This document shows positions 12,190 to 25,549 of a stretch of 64,000 nt of DNA, in pieces. The stretch comes from Camelus ferus (lineage: Eukaryota). The stretch is taken from positions 22,260,001-22,324,000 of the forward strand of contig NC_045696.1 of NCBI RefSeq assembly GCF_009834535.1. Direction: 5' to 3'. Each line of letters starts with the position of its first letter. The first letter of the stretch is position 1. A program made the position numbers and the translations under genes. The notes beneath the pieces were generated by a model that worked only from the letters and a program-made list of their open reading frames with translations, ran no database searches and had not been told where the DNA came from.

Positions 12190-13500
12190 TCAATACTATT
12201 AAAAAAGACTTTACCTTTCAAATTAATATGTAAAGCCAATATAAATCATAATTAAAACCTTAGTGAAATTTTAGTGGAACTAGAAAACCTAATTTTAAGT
12301 TTACATAGAAGAATTTTCAATAACCAAGAATTTTTTTTTAAAAGAACAATGGACAGAGTGTTCTTACGTAAATTATCAATATATACTCTAAGGTATAACA
12401 GGAGTGCATTAATACACCAATGAAATAATACAAGTGCAGAACCAGAAACATTTAGATACAGAAGTTTAATGAGTGGTGAATGTGGCTTTTCAAGTTGAAA
12501 ATAATGCACCAATAACAAATTAATAGTGAACTATTTGTCTATGAATATTGTACATGTATATATTTTATTGAAATATAGTCAGTTTACAATGTTGTGTCAA
12601 TTTCTGGTGTACAGCACAATACTTCAGTCATGTAGGAACATACATATATTTGTTTTCATATTCTTTTTCACCATAAGTTACTTCAAGATACTGAATATAG
12701 TTCCCTGTGCTACATAGTATGAACTTGTTTTTATCTATTTTATATATAGTAGTTAGTATCTGCAAATGATATGCATTTTTAAATTCTTACTTCAAGCCTT
12801 CAAATTCTTACTTAAAAATAAATTCCAGGTAGATTAAAGATAAAATGTAAAATATGAAACTATTACTGAGAGGAAATATGGAAGGAGATATTTCCAAACT
12901 TTCAGCTTAGGAAAATTTTCCCCACAAAGATTGATGTTTTGGAATTGAAGAAAAAAAAAATTTAAACTGCGTATCAAAAGACATAAACACAATTAAAAGA
13001 TAAACTGCAAAGAGGGAGACATTTTCCACAAAATGTTTAAAAGAAAATAAATTAATATTCTTAATATACAAAAATCTTCTACATATAATTAAATTATTTA
13101 GCAGAGTCAAATAAATACAAAGAAATACAAATGGCTAAGAAATTAAAAGATGTGCTAATGGCACCCTAATGACAAATGAAATAAAAGTTGAAACCACAAA
13201 ATACCATTTTCACCTAGCAAACTAACAAGCTTTGAAAGATTATGGTTTGCAGTCTTTGTGGAAGGCAATTTAACAATGTCAAAAATGTTTTTAATGTGTA
13301 TATTCTCTTACCCAGTAATTCAAATTCTGTACATATAGAAAGTAACCTAACAAAGTAACAACGTAAAAAAACTAATGTACAACTGATGCAGCCTTATTTG
13401 CCATAATAAAAGATCATAATTCATTCACACTATGTAAGACTTGATCGAGGCCAATAAAAGAATGATCTGTATCTTCTGATGTGGAAAGATGTCCACCAAA
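12190..13500 (+). mobile_element. Highly decayed L1M fragments
   Basis: A-rich L1 ORF2-like motifs (aaatacaaatggctaa, ataccattttcaccta); boundaries approximate. Confidence 0.55.
12560..12770 (-). mobile_element. L1 3' end, same family as 255-579, nested in older L1
   Basis: Closely similar to 270-465 (tatagtcagtttacaatg...ttccctgtgcta). Confidence 0.85.
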
Positions 13501-14055
13501 TTGCATGAGGGTAAAAATGGTACAAAAAGTGAGGATAGTCATAGAACTTAATAGGTTTATCATGGATGAAATAAGATGATTAATATAAAACACTCCAATA
13601 TACAAAATATCCAATGCTTAATAAATTGTATTATGTTTACATAAGGTGTATGAAGGGTGGAAACAGGTACAAAAAGTGAGGACAATAGAACCTCTGGATT
13701 TATCACAGGATAATGTTAACCACTGTAGTTTACATGGATGCATAGATATATAAAGTACTGTATCTAGCAAAATGGAATTCCATTTGGCAGGTCCTGTAAC
13801 TTCTTTTCATTCTATGATAAACCCATGTGTGTTCTAGCAGTATCCTCACCTACACAAGGAAACTGAGTCTCAGAGTATTCAAGTTAAGTTGTCCCTGATG
13901 ACCTAAGCCAGCAGGGCTTCAAACCAGGCAGTGTGACTCCAGGACATGCTTTTAAGAGCAGGACTGAGGGTTGGAAAGATAGGCTAAACTGTTTACAATG
14001 GCTACCCTTAAGCGGTTAGTAACAGTGTGTAAGCACTGGCTTTTGTTTTGTGGGG

Positions 14056-14086
<31 letters not shown>

Positions 14087-14989
14087 TTGTCATTTAGAAA
14101 GCAATAGAATAGATATTTTAGTATTATTCTCTCAGACTGGATTTCAATGAAAAAGAATCAATCACATTATAAGAATTATTGACCACAAGAGGGCATCACA
14201 TATTCTTTTTCCAACTTACAAGCTAAAGCTTGTAACTGTAAATAATCTCCCTTCTCCATGAAAAGTATTAGTGGTTAGTTTAAATCATTGTTTTCCCTAT
14301 GCATCTACATATAGAAGTGCCATTTGTAATGGAGAATAATAAACGTGTGCCACAGTTATTATATATAACACTTACTCGATAAATTTTTGTTAATAAAAAA
14401 TATGTAATATCTAATGAAAAATATACTTATTTAGAAAAAATAAAAGTACCTAAAAGCATAGAGAATAAGACCATTAAAATTACCTGTAATCCTTGCAGCA
14501 GAGATAACCACCGTTAATATTTTAGTGGATGGGGGATGTTTAGAGAGACTTTAACTTTGTATATTCCTATACTGTTGTTTTATGAAATATATTCATTTTA
14601 CAGTCTCATAATTTGAAAACATGGGATATTTTCTTATGTCATTGATTTTCTCCTAAAACATGCTTTTTAACAGTTTCATGGTATTCATATGTATGTGCCT
14701 TAATTGACTTAACCAATCTTTATCATTAGATATGAAGTTACAGACCTATTTTGGAAATTTTTTCCATCATATAACTAAATATACACCTCTTTTTTGGGGG
14801 GTGGTAGCAGGGAGAGGAGTATTCCTTTCAAGTCCAGAAATAAATGGGGGCAAATTGATATTAAAACTGCTAACTTTTTTGAATTTACATATAGAAAATC
14901 TATAGACGATAAATATTTGAGAGTCAAGTTAATAAGTAAAGCTGTAAGATTTCAACAGAAAAATATTGTTTCAGTCACCGGATGGACAT

Positions 14990-15525
14990 TCACGTGCAAG
15001 TAACCCCTATTTTACTTAATAATGGCCCTAAAGTGCAAGGGTAGTGATGCTGGCAATTCGAATATGCCCAAGAAAAGTCATAAAGTGCTTCAAGTGAAAA
15101 GGTGGAAGTTCTCAACTTGAAAGAAAAAAATGCCAAGCTTGCTAAGATCTACAGTAAGAATGAATCTTCTATCTGTGAAACCGTGAAGGAAAAAAATCTG
15201 TGCTGGAGTTGCCGTCACAATTCAGACTGCAAAAGACAGCCACGGTGTGTGGTAAGTGCTTAGTTAAGATGGAAAAGGTATTAAGTTTGTACACTAAGCT
15301 ACTTTGAGAGAGACTGCATTCATATAACTTTTATTACAGTATATTGTTATAACTGTTCTATTTTATTATTAGTTATTGTTATTAATCTCTTACTGTGCCT
15401 AATTTATAAACGAAAATTTATCATCGGTATGTTTGTATAGGAAAAACAGTACATGTATTACCTGCAGTTTCAGGCATTCACTGGGGGCCTTGGAATGTAT
15501 CCCCCACAGGTAAGGGGGCACTGCT
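14990..15525 (+). mobile_element. MER44/Tigger7-like DNA transposon relic
   Basis: caagtaacccctattttacttaataatggcc...gtagtgatgctggcaattc and terminus ctgggggccttggaatgtatccccc...taagggggcactg. Confidence 0.75.
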
Positions 15526-17363
15526 CCATCTTCTCTACCACACTCTCTTCTCTCAGAATGGCAAGGCCATTCTACCGTTCTCTACAAATGTTCTCCCTGT
15601 TGACAGTTCCAGGACTCCACGAGGGAAAATGTCCTACTTAGCAACATGAAAAGAGCACAGTGCCAGTAGCCAACATTCAACTTGGAATAGCGAGTGACAA
15701 CTGACCTAACACGTGACCACATGTCTTCTTTTTCGAGTGCAAGATAACTCATTTTCCCCATGAGTAGTTTGCACTGATTCCATAAAACTGCTCTGGGAAA
15801 AAACTGCACAAACCTGAAGAAACCAAAGATATATTATGAAGAAATACACTGTGATGGGGATACTTGTGGCAACAGCTTGATGTGAACACAGCCAGAACTG
15901 CTGCAGTTATCACCATCAACAAAGATTACTGAGAATCTATTACATGTCGGACATTTAGACGTAAACATGCTCAACCTTGGAGAAGTCTGACACCTGCTTA
16001 GGGAGAAGAGACAGACAACATGAAGACAGGTGCCCCTCAGCTTCCTCAGAGGGAGCAATTGCAAGGAGGGAGCAATCAGGCTGAACCAGGAGGATGGTTT
16101 AGGAAGGATCAGGAGTACATGGTGAGAAAAAGGTAGGACCATAAGCAGTCAAAGAAAAAGGATACCTTGGCCAAGAAAAGAAGTATATTTCATATCATTG
16201 AGGATCCCTTTTCTGTGTTCTTATTAGATCCCCTCCCCTGTTCTTCACCCCAAATTTCCTAAATTTCTCCTCTTTCCTCAGTCCTCTTACCTCCTAGCTA
16301 CCCCCACCGCCCACCCTTCCCAGGGTATGACCTCACCTCTACGGAGCAAAGTGAGATCGTCTAATTCTATCCTGTCCCCGCAGCCACAAACCTATCAGAT
16401 CTGCCCCAGTCTCCCTCCCTCTCTTCCCTCAGTCTCTGGAGATGCTCTCCTTGCCCTCTCCAAGTTAATCCCACCAACGTTCCGTTTTGGCTCCTTCTTG
16501 CTTCCAGAACCATCCTCTACAGCCTCCACGCTCCAGCCTCTCCCGTCCCCACAAACAAGCTAACCTTTGCCCTTCCCTAGTTACTGTTTCCTCTCACTTC
16601 CTCCTTCTCTTCATGGCCAAGAGTCTTGAGAGATTAATCTACATAGCTTTCAAACTGGGTCTGATGAATCAGGCGTCTCAGGTGCTGGGGGGATCGGATG
16701 ACGAGACGAGCAAAACCATGTCTTTCATATAATTTGGACACTGTAGGATTTTGTCTGCGCGAGGCATGGTTTTACATGCTAACTGTATTTCTAGGTTTTC
16801 CTTAGATCTCATTCATGCTTCAATCCACTGCACTAAGGGTTGGCCCAACCATTCTACCAGAACTGGTCTGTCATCGTGCATGACTTCATTCCCAGAATTG
16901 TTGCTTTTTCAGTCTTTTGTGCCCCAGGGGGCTGCCTGCAGTTCTCTTCTCATTCTCTGTACTCTTTCCTGAGTGATCTCACCCTCTTCTGTAGATTTTA
17001 CATATGCCTTTGGCTTAAAAAGGCCAGAACTTCTCCTTTTCCCCTTACCAGTTTCCTCAGATTGCGGTCTGGAGATCATCGCATTTATAAAACGTAGCTT
17101 GTGAAATGATCTGTGTGTAAGAAACAACGAACCAAACAGTGCTTTCACTTACATCCCAGAATTAAATTTGCCCTAACATCCATTGGTTTATTACTTACGC
17201 TTTTAAATACCTGTGCTCTTAAAGAAAGGGAAAAACCTGTAGGAATGCAGTGTTACATATAACAGAATTGGAAACAACCTCTAGGTCCAAAAATAAGAAA
17301 AAAATGAATTATGGAACATCAACTTAATGAAACATCATAAAGCTATTAAAATGGAGATATATG

Positions 17364-17364
<1 letters not shown>

Positions 17365-17408
<44 letters not shown>
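17365..17408. repeat. (TA)n microsatellite
   Basis: Direct reading. Confidence 0.95.
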
Positions 17409-18139
17409 CTTCTAACAACAGGTAAGACACGTACAAGTATGATACAACATCACGTAGGAAAAAAAAGGACTAGAGGACCTTCACTTTAGAAATACATGTA
17501 TACTTAAATATACTAGAAGAGACAGAACAGAAAGGTTTTTGGTAGCAGTATCATTTGAATGAAATATTTTAAAATTTACTATTGTTACAATGCTGTCTTA
17601 ACAAGGAAACAGGTTTCCCCCCCCCCCAAAATATTGCACCATCAAGTCAGATGAAATCAAATTTAGAAGATGCAATGAGTTAAATGTATTTTGGCTTATA
17701 GAGATGGTCACTACTTTCATTACTGGTAAGTATTTCTGCATGACACATAGAACAATCCCACACATCATCATGTACTGGTGCCTGTTCTAAACTTTTAGGG
17801 ATAATCTAAACATGAAGGAAATTTAATTATACGTACATATATTGGTGCTGCTTTTGATTGAACAGTGACAGAGAAAGTGGGTACCGCCATTTCCTTTCTT
17901 CATGCTGAGTACCACCTCACTGAGACCACTGCCAAACTACTCTATAAACCCCAAAGGCAGGGTAACCACAGATCTTACTGCCAATTTGAGACACTTTCTA
18001 GAGCAAAAGATTAACTGCCATTTGTAATTACAGTGAAATAACAGCCATAAGGCAGAACTGTCTTGAGAAAACCAGGATACATTCACCCAATCCTATAAGA
18101 TACAAGGTAAATATTACTATTACAACACAACAGCAGCGA

Positions 18140-18330
18140 TGCTGATGACAGCAGCCAGTGCTTACAGAGCACGGGCACGGGCCAGCCTGTGTGCTGCACA
18201 TGTACCGACTTATCAGTCCCAGAACAATGCCACGAAGTAGGTTCCATTACCCTCATTTTACTGTTAAGAAAAAGGAGGAGAGAGGTTAAATGGTTCGTCT
18301 AAGGTCATCCAGCTAGAACCAGGCAAACCG
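18140..18330 (-). mobile_element. MIR SINE
   Basis: MIR core-like text: cattttactgttaagaaaaagg...agaggttaaatggttcgtctaaggtcatccagctag. Confidence 0.6.
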
Positions 18331-18389
18331 TCTCCCAAACTCATGTTAGAGTATCATCCTGTCTTAAGTACTGATGAAGGGCACCCCCC

Positions 18390-18393
18390 CACA

Positions 18394-18444
<51 letters not shown>
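18390..18444. repeat. (CA)n microsatellite with one interruption
   Basis: Direct reading; a shorter (CA)n lies at 18701-18727. Confidence 0.95.
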
Positions 18445-18446
<2 letters not shown>

Positions 18447-18696
18447 TTAAACTGATTGCATTTAATACCAAAATAAAATATGTTCAAGCAATGGATCCTT
18501 GATGGGTATTTTTCCCTCCTCCCAAAGCAGCAATCCCCTAAAAAATAAAAATCCAAATTTGAGGAACAGAAACTCTTCAAAATACCAGAAAAGACTTCTC
18601 AACAGGAACAGCAACAGAAGGGGGTCAGTTTTTCCAAAGTTTCCAAGAATATGCTCTCTACTGGCTGGCAACACTGGACTTCCACAGTGTCAACCC

Positions 18697-18727
<31 letters not shown>

Positions 18728-19194
18728 ATTTTCCCTCTTTCATTTTCTTCCTATTTAAGTGAAGTGTCTGATTTGGTTCGCCACTCAACTTTATCAACAT
18801 CACTTACTTCATAGTCTCCAGTGTTTCCATGCTCAGCCCTCACACTGTACATGCATATATCCATGTATCTACTCAACATCTCCATTTATGTATACAATAA
18901 ACTTATCAAACTCAACATGTTCAAAACTGAACTCCTTAGCTTAACTTTCAAACATGCAAGGAAACAGGGCTCCAATCTCCACCTTTACTTCTCTCTGTCA
19001 TGGTCTATTCTTTTGTCTTTAAAATCTATCCTCATGCTTCTGATGGTCAAATTTTTATCTCCAGCCTTGAGTTTACTGTTTAGGTCTGGGTTCATGATTC
19101 ACCTACCTACTAACATCCTCCACAGATTCTAATAGAAACAAGACTCAATGTCTTAAGGTTCCACTCAGTTGCTCTAGTCAGAAACCTAACATCC

Positions 19195-19285
19195 ATATAT
19201 AACTGAATCACTTTGCTGTACACCTGAAAGTTACACAACATTGTAAACCAGCTATACTTCAATTTAAAAAAAAAAAAAAAACCAA
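19195..19285 (+). mobile_element. Very short L1 3' end with poly-A and 13-bp TSD
   Basis: AAACCTAACATCC at 19182-19194 and 19286-19298 flanks aactgaatcactttgctgtacacctgaaa...A-tail. Confidence 0.85.
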
Positions 19286-19783
19286 AAACCTAACATCCCT
19301 TCACACCCCATGGCCAACTTACTAACTTTTGAAAATAAGTATTCAGGATAAACTGAAAAAATACACACATACAATTGCCTATATATGTGTAGAGCATTTA
19401 TAGAAGGATAAATAAGAAATTGATCATACTTCTCATTATATATTTGTATCTTATGAATTTTGTTCCCCATGAATAGATGACCTATTCAAAAAAATTTTAA
19501 GTTATGTCTCTTGAAGGGAATTCGGGACAGAAACTGAGAAACATGAGTGAAAGGGTGATTTACATTTCACTCTCTATCATGTGCATTATCTACTTAAAAT
19601 ATTTAAAAAACACTATTTCACAAAAATTATCTTATAAAAATGTAGAATACAGAACTTGAAAAACTGTTTCCCTGGAAAAACAGTTTCATCTTGCCAGCAA
19701 GATTCATAAGAAAAGACAATTCGTAGCATTTCCTCAACTACTTTTTCACTTGACGAGCAGATGTGAAGTTAATAGTGTATTAC

Positions 19784-19905
19784 GGGGGGAGGGTACAGCT
19801 CAAGTGGTAGAGCGCATACTTAGCATACACAAGGTCCTGGGTTCAATCCCCAGTACATCCTCCAAAAATAAATAAGTAAACCTAATTACACCCCACCAAA
19901 AAAAC
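19784..19905 (+). mobile_element. tRNA-Ala-derived SINE, Vic-1-like (camelid)
   Basis: Pol III A box (cagctcaagtggtaga) and B box (gggttcaatccc), A-rich tail, TSD core AGTGTATTA at 19774-19782 and 19906-19914. Confidence 0.85.
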
Positions 19906-20120
19906 AGTGTATTATGGTCACTCCATATTTGAAATAAATATTCTTCTGGGGCTGAGGATTACAGAGACTGATACCCATGAAATAACTATGTTGGCATAGT
20001 TACTTAGGTGCTGATATTTTTATTATACCACTAACAATTAAGGAAACTCTCTGGGCATGTATTTCACACCAACGTTCACTATTTTATTAGGCCTTTGTCA
20101 TAATTCCCAATCATTGTCAC

Positions 20121-20411
20121 TGTTAATAGATTGAATTGTGTGCCCCAAAATTCCTATGTTGTAATTCTAATCCCCAGGACCTGAGAATGCAACCTTATTT
20201 CAAAACAAGGTTGTTGAAGATAGAATTAGTTAAAATGAGATGATCAGGGTGGGCCCTAATCCAACAGGACTGGTGTCCTTATAAAAAGGGAAAAGTAGGA
20301 CACAGAGCCAGACAACACAGAAGGATGGTGACGTGAAGTGACACAGAGAAAAGTCAGTCATCAACAAGCCAAGCAGAGAGGACTTCCCTCACAACTCTAA
20401 GAAACCAACCC
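20121..20411 (+). mobile_element. MLT1 (MaLR) LTR, 5' part
   Basis: tgttaatagattgaattgtgtgccccaaaattc...gggtgggccctaatccaa...ggtgtccttataaaaagg. Confidence 0.8.
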
Positions 20412-22388
20412 CCTCCGAACAGAACTAAAAAACGAATTCAGTAAAGGTGCAGGATACAAGATTAATGTACAGAAATCTGTTGCTTTTCTATACACTAACA
20501 ATAAACTATCACAAAGAGAATTCACACAAAAAATTTCCATTTACAACTGAATCAAAAAGAATAAAATACCTAGGAATAAATCTGAGGAATGAAAGACCTG
20601 TACTCTGAAATACTGTAAGACACTGATGAAGGAAACTGAAAACAATACAAATAAATAGAAGTATATCCCATGTTCATGGATTAGAAGAATATTTTTTAAA
20701 ATGTCCATACTAACCACGGCAATCTGCTGACTCAATACAATCCCTATCAAAATACCAGAACATTTTTCAAAGAAAAATAATCCTAAAATTTACATAGAAC
20801 CACAAAAGATCCCAATAGCCAAAGCAATCTTGAAAAAAAAAAAAAAAAAGAACAAAGCTGAAGGTATCATACTCCCTGGCTTCAGACTATACTACAAAGC
20901 TACAGTAATCAGCATGGTACTGGCACAAAAAGAGACATATTGACCAATGGAGCAGGATAGAGAGCCCAGAAATAAGCCCACACATTTATGGTCAATCTAC
21001 AACAAAGGAGAATATACAATGGAGAAAAGACAGTTTCTTCAGTAAGTGGTGCTGGGAAAACTGGACAGCTACAGGTAAAAGACTAAAATTAGAACATTTT
21101 TTCACACCATATACAAAAACAAACTCAAAATGGATTAAAAACTTAAATACAAGACCAGAAACAACAAAACTAGAAGAAAACATAGAACACTCTTGACAAA
21201 TTGTAGCAGTATTTTCTTGGATCTATTTCCTAAGGCAAAGGAAACAAATGCAAAAGTAAATGAATGGGACCAAATTAAACTTAAAAGCTTTTGCATAGCA
21301 AAGGAAACCACCAACAGAACAAAAAGACATCCTACTGAATGGGAGAAAAAATTTATAAATGGTAAGATGGATAAGGGGTTAATATTCAAAATATATAAAT
21401 AAGAGAGCTCTTACAACTCAGTAGCAAAAAGACAAACAACCTGATTAAAAAATGGGCAGAAGACCTGAATAGACATTTTTTTTCAAAGGGGACATACAGA
21501 TAGCTAATAGGCACATGAAAAGATGCTCATAATTAATCATCAGTAATGCAAATCAAAAACCACAATATCATCTCACACCAGTCAGAATGGCTATCATCAA
21601 AAAGTCTACAAGTAACAATGTTGGTGAGGATGTAGAGAAAAGGGAACCCTAATGCACAGTTGATGGGAATGTAAACTGGTGCAGCCACTATGGAAAATGG
21701 TAAGGAGTTTCCTCAAAAAACTAAAAACAGAATTACTATATAAGCCAGCAATTCTACTCCTGGGTATACACGTCCAGAGAAAATAAAAACACTAATTTGA
21801 AAAGATACATGTGCCCCAATGTTCATAGCAGCACTATTTTCAATAGCCAAGATATGGAAGCAACCCAAGTGCCCATCAACAGATGATTGGATTAAGATGT
21901 GGGGTGTGTATGTGTATAAATATGAACTATTACTCATCCATTAAAAGAGTGAAATTCTGTCATTGTAGCAATGTGGGTGGACCTAAAGAGTATTATGCTT
22001 AGTGAAATATGTCAGAAAAAGACAAATACTGTATGATATCACTTATATGTGGAATCAAAAAATAATACAAATGAATGTATATGCAAAACAGAAAGAGACT
22101 CACAGATAAAGAAAAAAAAAACCAAAAACTTGTGGTTACCAGTGGGGAAAGGGAAGAGGTGACAGGGGAGATAGGAGTAGGGGATTAAGAGGTACAAACT
22201 ACTATGTATAAAATAAACAAGCTACAAGGATATGTCGTAGAGCACAGGAAATAGAGCTAATACTTTGCAATAACTTCAAATGAGATATAATCTATAAAAA
22301 ATATTGAATCACTATGTTGTACACTTGAAATATTTAATACTATAAATCAGCTACCTATACTTCAATTTAAAACAAACAAAAAAAATGC
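20412..22388 (+). mobile_element. About 2-kb 5'-truncated L1 (decayed ORF2 C-terminus, 3'UTR, A tail) inserted into the MLT1 LTR
   Basis: ORF2-like peptide [40 protein letters not shown] at 20403-20411 and 22389-22397. Confidence 0.9.
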
Positions 22389-22512
22389 AACCAACCCTGC
22401 TAACACCTTGATCTCAGGCCTTTAGCCTCCAGAACCGTGCGACAGCAAATTTCTGTTGTTTAAGCCACCCCATTTGTGGTGCTTTCTTATGGCAACCCTA
22501 GAAAACTAACAC
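22389..22512 (+). mobile_element. MLT1 LTR, 3' part
   Basis: accttgatctcaggcctttagcctccagaac...aatttctgttgtttaagccaccc...aaactaacaca. Confidence 0.8.
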
Positions 22513-23873
22513 AATGACATACAGAAATTAATTGTAAATGACTACTCTTTTCAGGAGACTAATCATTTTGAAAGACTTGGAAACAACTGACAAAATCCCA
22601 TTTTTTAAATTAAAATCTTCTAAGAAACGGTGTGTTGGTTATCTCGGTAGATATCTCTAAATTCTGGTATCAAGAAATATTAGTATATTCAAATTAGGCA
22701 ATGATACCTGAGCATGTAAGTTTTTGGGCCTCATGAAAGGTGTATTCAAATATTTCTGGAAGTTTGTGAGGCCCAAGAAAATATACTCTACCACTAATGA
22801 CTTAGCATGGAAACCAGTCATCTGAGCAGGATTTCCTGAACAATTGTTTCCCAAATTTGAACTATCAAAACCACCTGAAAGAGAAACAGAGCCACTGACC
22901 TCACCCCAAACCTACTCAGTCAGAATCTCTGAGGAGGGTCTTAGACACTTATTTTTCAATATTTCCTCCCCTCTCCACGTTTGCATGACAACGAGGTTGG
23001 TGTTTGTGTTGGCTCCTATTGAGTCCGGTCAGTCTTCATTTGTGCTAGTTAACTTTTTAAGCCATGTGCAGAATTTTCCCTCACCACAGTCACTCACCCT
23101 TTCCCTTGTGGTAACTGCCTTTTTGGAAGAAACCAGACCAGCCGTCTCGCAGAACACATGACGCAGGCTTGATAAATGCATACGTGCTCCTAGGGCCCGC
23201 AGTTTCTTTCCTAAAAATTCATTTGGCATTTAGTGAACAATACACAAGTGAGAGTTAGGAACTGGGGATACAGGTGAATAAACCAGCTTCAAACTCATCA
23301 ATGAGGTATAGTAAGCATGTTAAACAACTAGAATGAAAAAGGTTTTGTGTCGTGAGACCTGTATCGTATGGGCAACGTCGAGGGCCCAGACACACCTCTA
23401 ATTTAGCTTGAGTGTGGGGCAGCAGTGTGAACAGGAAAAATGCTTTCAAGGAGAGTGTTTGGACTGACCCCTGCAGGGCAAATAGGCACTGGGCAGGTCA
23501 ACAGGAGAGGCTGCTCTCTGGCTGAGGGAAGTGCATGTTCACAAAGCTGTGAAACCACGGCCACTTGGCTTTGGAGTACGGCTCTCACGAAGGTGCACCT
23601 AGAGGTGTGGGGAAAATAAACCACTGGGAGATGTGATGGTCATGAGAGACCTCTTCCACCAAGTCAAGATGATCTGGTTTTTAGTATGATCATATTTACA
23701 CTTTAAAGCAAGCAAGCAATCCACTAGGACTGTGGACAGAGAGTGACTCAGGGAAAGACTAGTCAAGGTCACGATGGCTTCTAGCACTTGGTTGGGACGG
23801 ACGTCAGGTGTTAGGTCGGATCTTCTCCCACCTCTCACTCTCCACAGCTCAGCAGTGAAGCGGGCAGCATACT

Positions 23874-24081
23874 AAAATAAACAAGTTTATACAACAAACA
23901 ACAAGCACAGCACAGGGAACTATATCTAATATCCTGTAGTAACTTATGGTGAAAAAAGCATATGAAAATGAACGTATGTATGTTCCTATACGACCGAAGC
24001 ACTGTTCTGTACACCAGAAACTGACACAACATTGTAAACGGACTATACATCGATTAAAAAGAATACTAAAAAAAAAAATAA
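23874..24081 (+). mobile_element. L1 3' end with TSD
   Basis: Reverse complement of the 12560-12770 family; AGCATACT at 23866-23873 and 24082-24089. Confidence 0.8.
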
Positions 24082-24847
24082 AGCATACTGATCAAGGCCC
24101 TGGTCTGTGGTTAACTAGACTGCAATTTATTGGTTCTTCATTAACTTGGGAAATTATTTTCTTCCTGTGGTTACCTTAGTATGACTTTTTTTCTATGAAT
24201 AGTTATCAAATTTAGAAAAATCATTTAAGCGACAGAAGTGTTCTAACAAACCTCATTTGATTTATACTTCAGAAATACCAGCAAGAAAAATTAAGCTGAG
24301 TTCCTAAAATTGGCTTCCTGCTCTCACCATTGCCATTACTGCATTTAGAAATTACATTTGTTTGTGCCTTAGACTTAAAACTCAATCATTTTTATTTAAC
24401 AAATGACTTTATACTCAATTTTGTCTCAATTTCATCAGTTTTGCCATTTGGTATTTATAATTAACCAGAAATATGATCTGGCCTTTAGAGCTATAAGGTT
24501 AAAATAAAATATGATGTAAATTAAAGGCATTAAATTGTACTTAGTGGTGTCACTGAGCATATTTTACTGTAATCATGAATCTTTGAAAATCCCTGTATCA
24601 CTATCAGCATCCCAGGTACCAGGTAGAAATGCAAAGAATTTTCACCATGATATCAATTGTCTCTCTTTAAAACCTTTCCAACATTCCCTGTAATGTGGGT
24701 ATTTTCATCCCCATTTTGAGCACTGGGAAATTGAAGATAAGTAAAGCATCTAGTTACAAGTGGTATTCAGATACGTCTTGACTCCAAAGCCTACAAAAGC
24801 TTTTCTCCTTTTAATCTCTGAATAGAAAACTCTGCATTAGTATAAAC

Positions 24848-25083
24848 CAGTGGTTCTCAACTGGGGGGCGATTTTGGCCCCCACCCCAGTGGCTACTTGG
24901 CAGTGCTGGAGATATTTTTGGTTGTCACATCTGGGGATCTGGGGGGGCGGGGGGACCGCCACTGGCACACGGTAGGTAAAGGCCAGCGATGCCACTAAAC
25001 ATCCTGCGATGCACAGGATGGTCCCCCACAACCAAGAATTACCCACCCCAAAATGTAAAAAAGTGCCAAGGTTGAGAAATTAT
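24848..25083 (+). mobile_element. MER20-like hAT-Charlie element
   Basis: cagtggttctcaactgggggg...taaacatcctgcgatgcacagga...gccaaggttgagaaa. Confidence 0.85.
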
Positions 25084-25549
25084 AGGATAAACAAAATACT
25101 TCTCAAAATATCTTGTTACAAAAGCATTACTACCCCATCCTGGTTTTTTTCTGAAATCAATGTTTAGAGTCGAAAATAGCTTTAAATATACGTAGATGTA
25201 TGTGTATTTAATATGTATATATATGCATGCATAGTTTTTAATGCATCTGAAAAACTCCTGGAGTTTATACTGTAAATTGTAAAATCACAGAACTTTGGAG
25301 GTTTCAACCCCAAATATATTATGTTACATACTGACAATACAGGCACAGGACTGGGGAAATTTACGGTATATGTGTTTGACAGGTTTTCATTGGTGTGTGA
25401 TTGTTTTGATGTTTATTCTGTTTAGTAAAAGATGCAAAGGGGGTGGGGAGTGGAAGGAAACTCAAGACCAGGAAAGCAGGGAGGAACAGCATATTGAAGT
25501 TTTATGAAGTAGACTTTTTTTAAAGGCACAATGAAGCCACACCATCAGG

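Noticed and set aside
19657..19688. Imperfect hairpin tgaaaaactgtttcc-ct-ggaaaaacagtttca
   Set aside because: Short, AT-rich and unbalanced; not enough for an ncRNA call.
19784..19865. tRNA-Ala gene (also near 53960-54033)
   Set aside because: A-rich tails, TSDs and stem mismatches indicate SINEs rather than functional tRNAs.
20412..22388. Active L1 or domesticated ORF2
   Set aside because: It is 5'-truncated with multiple frameshifts and stops.
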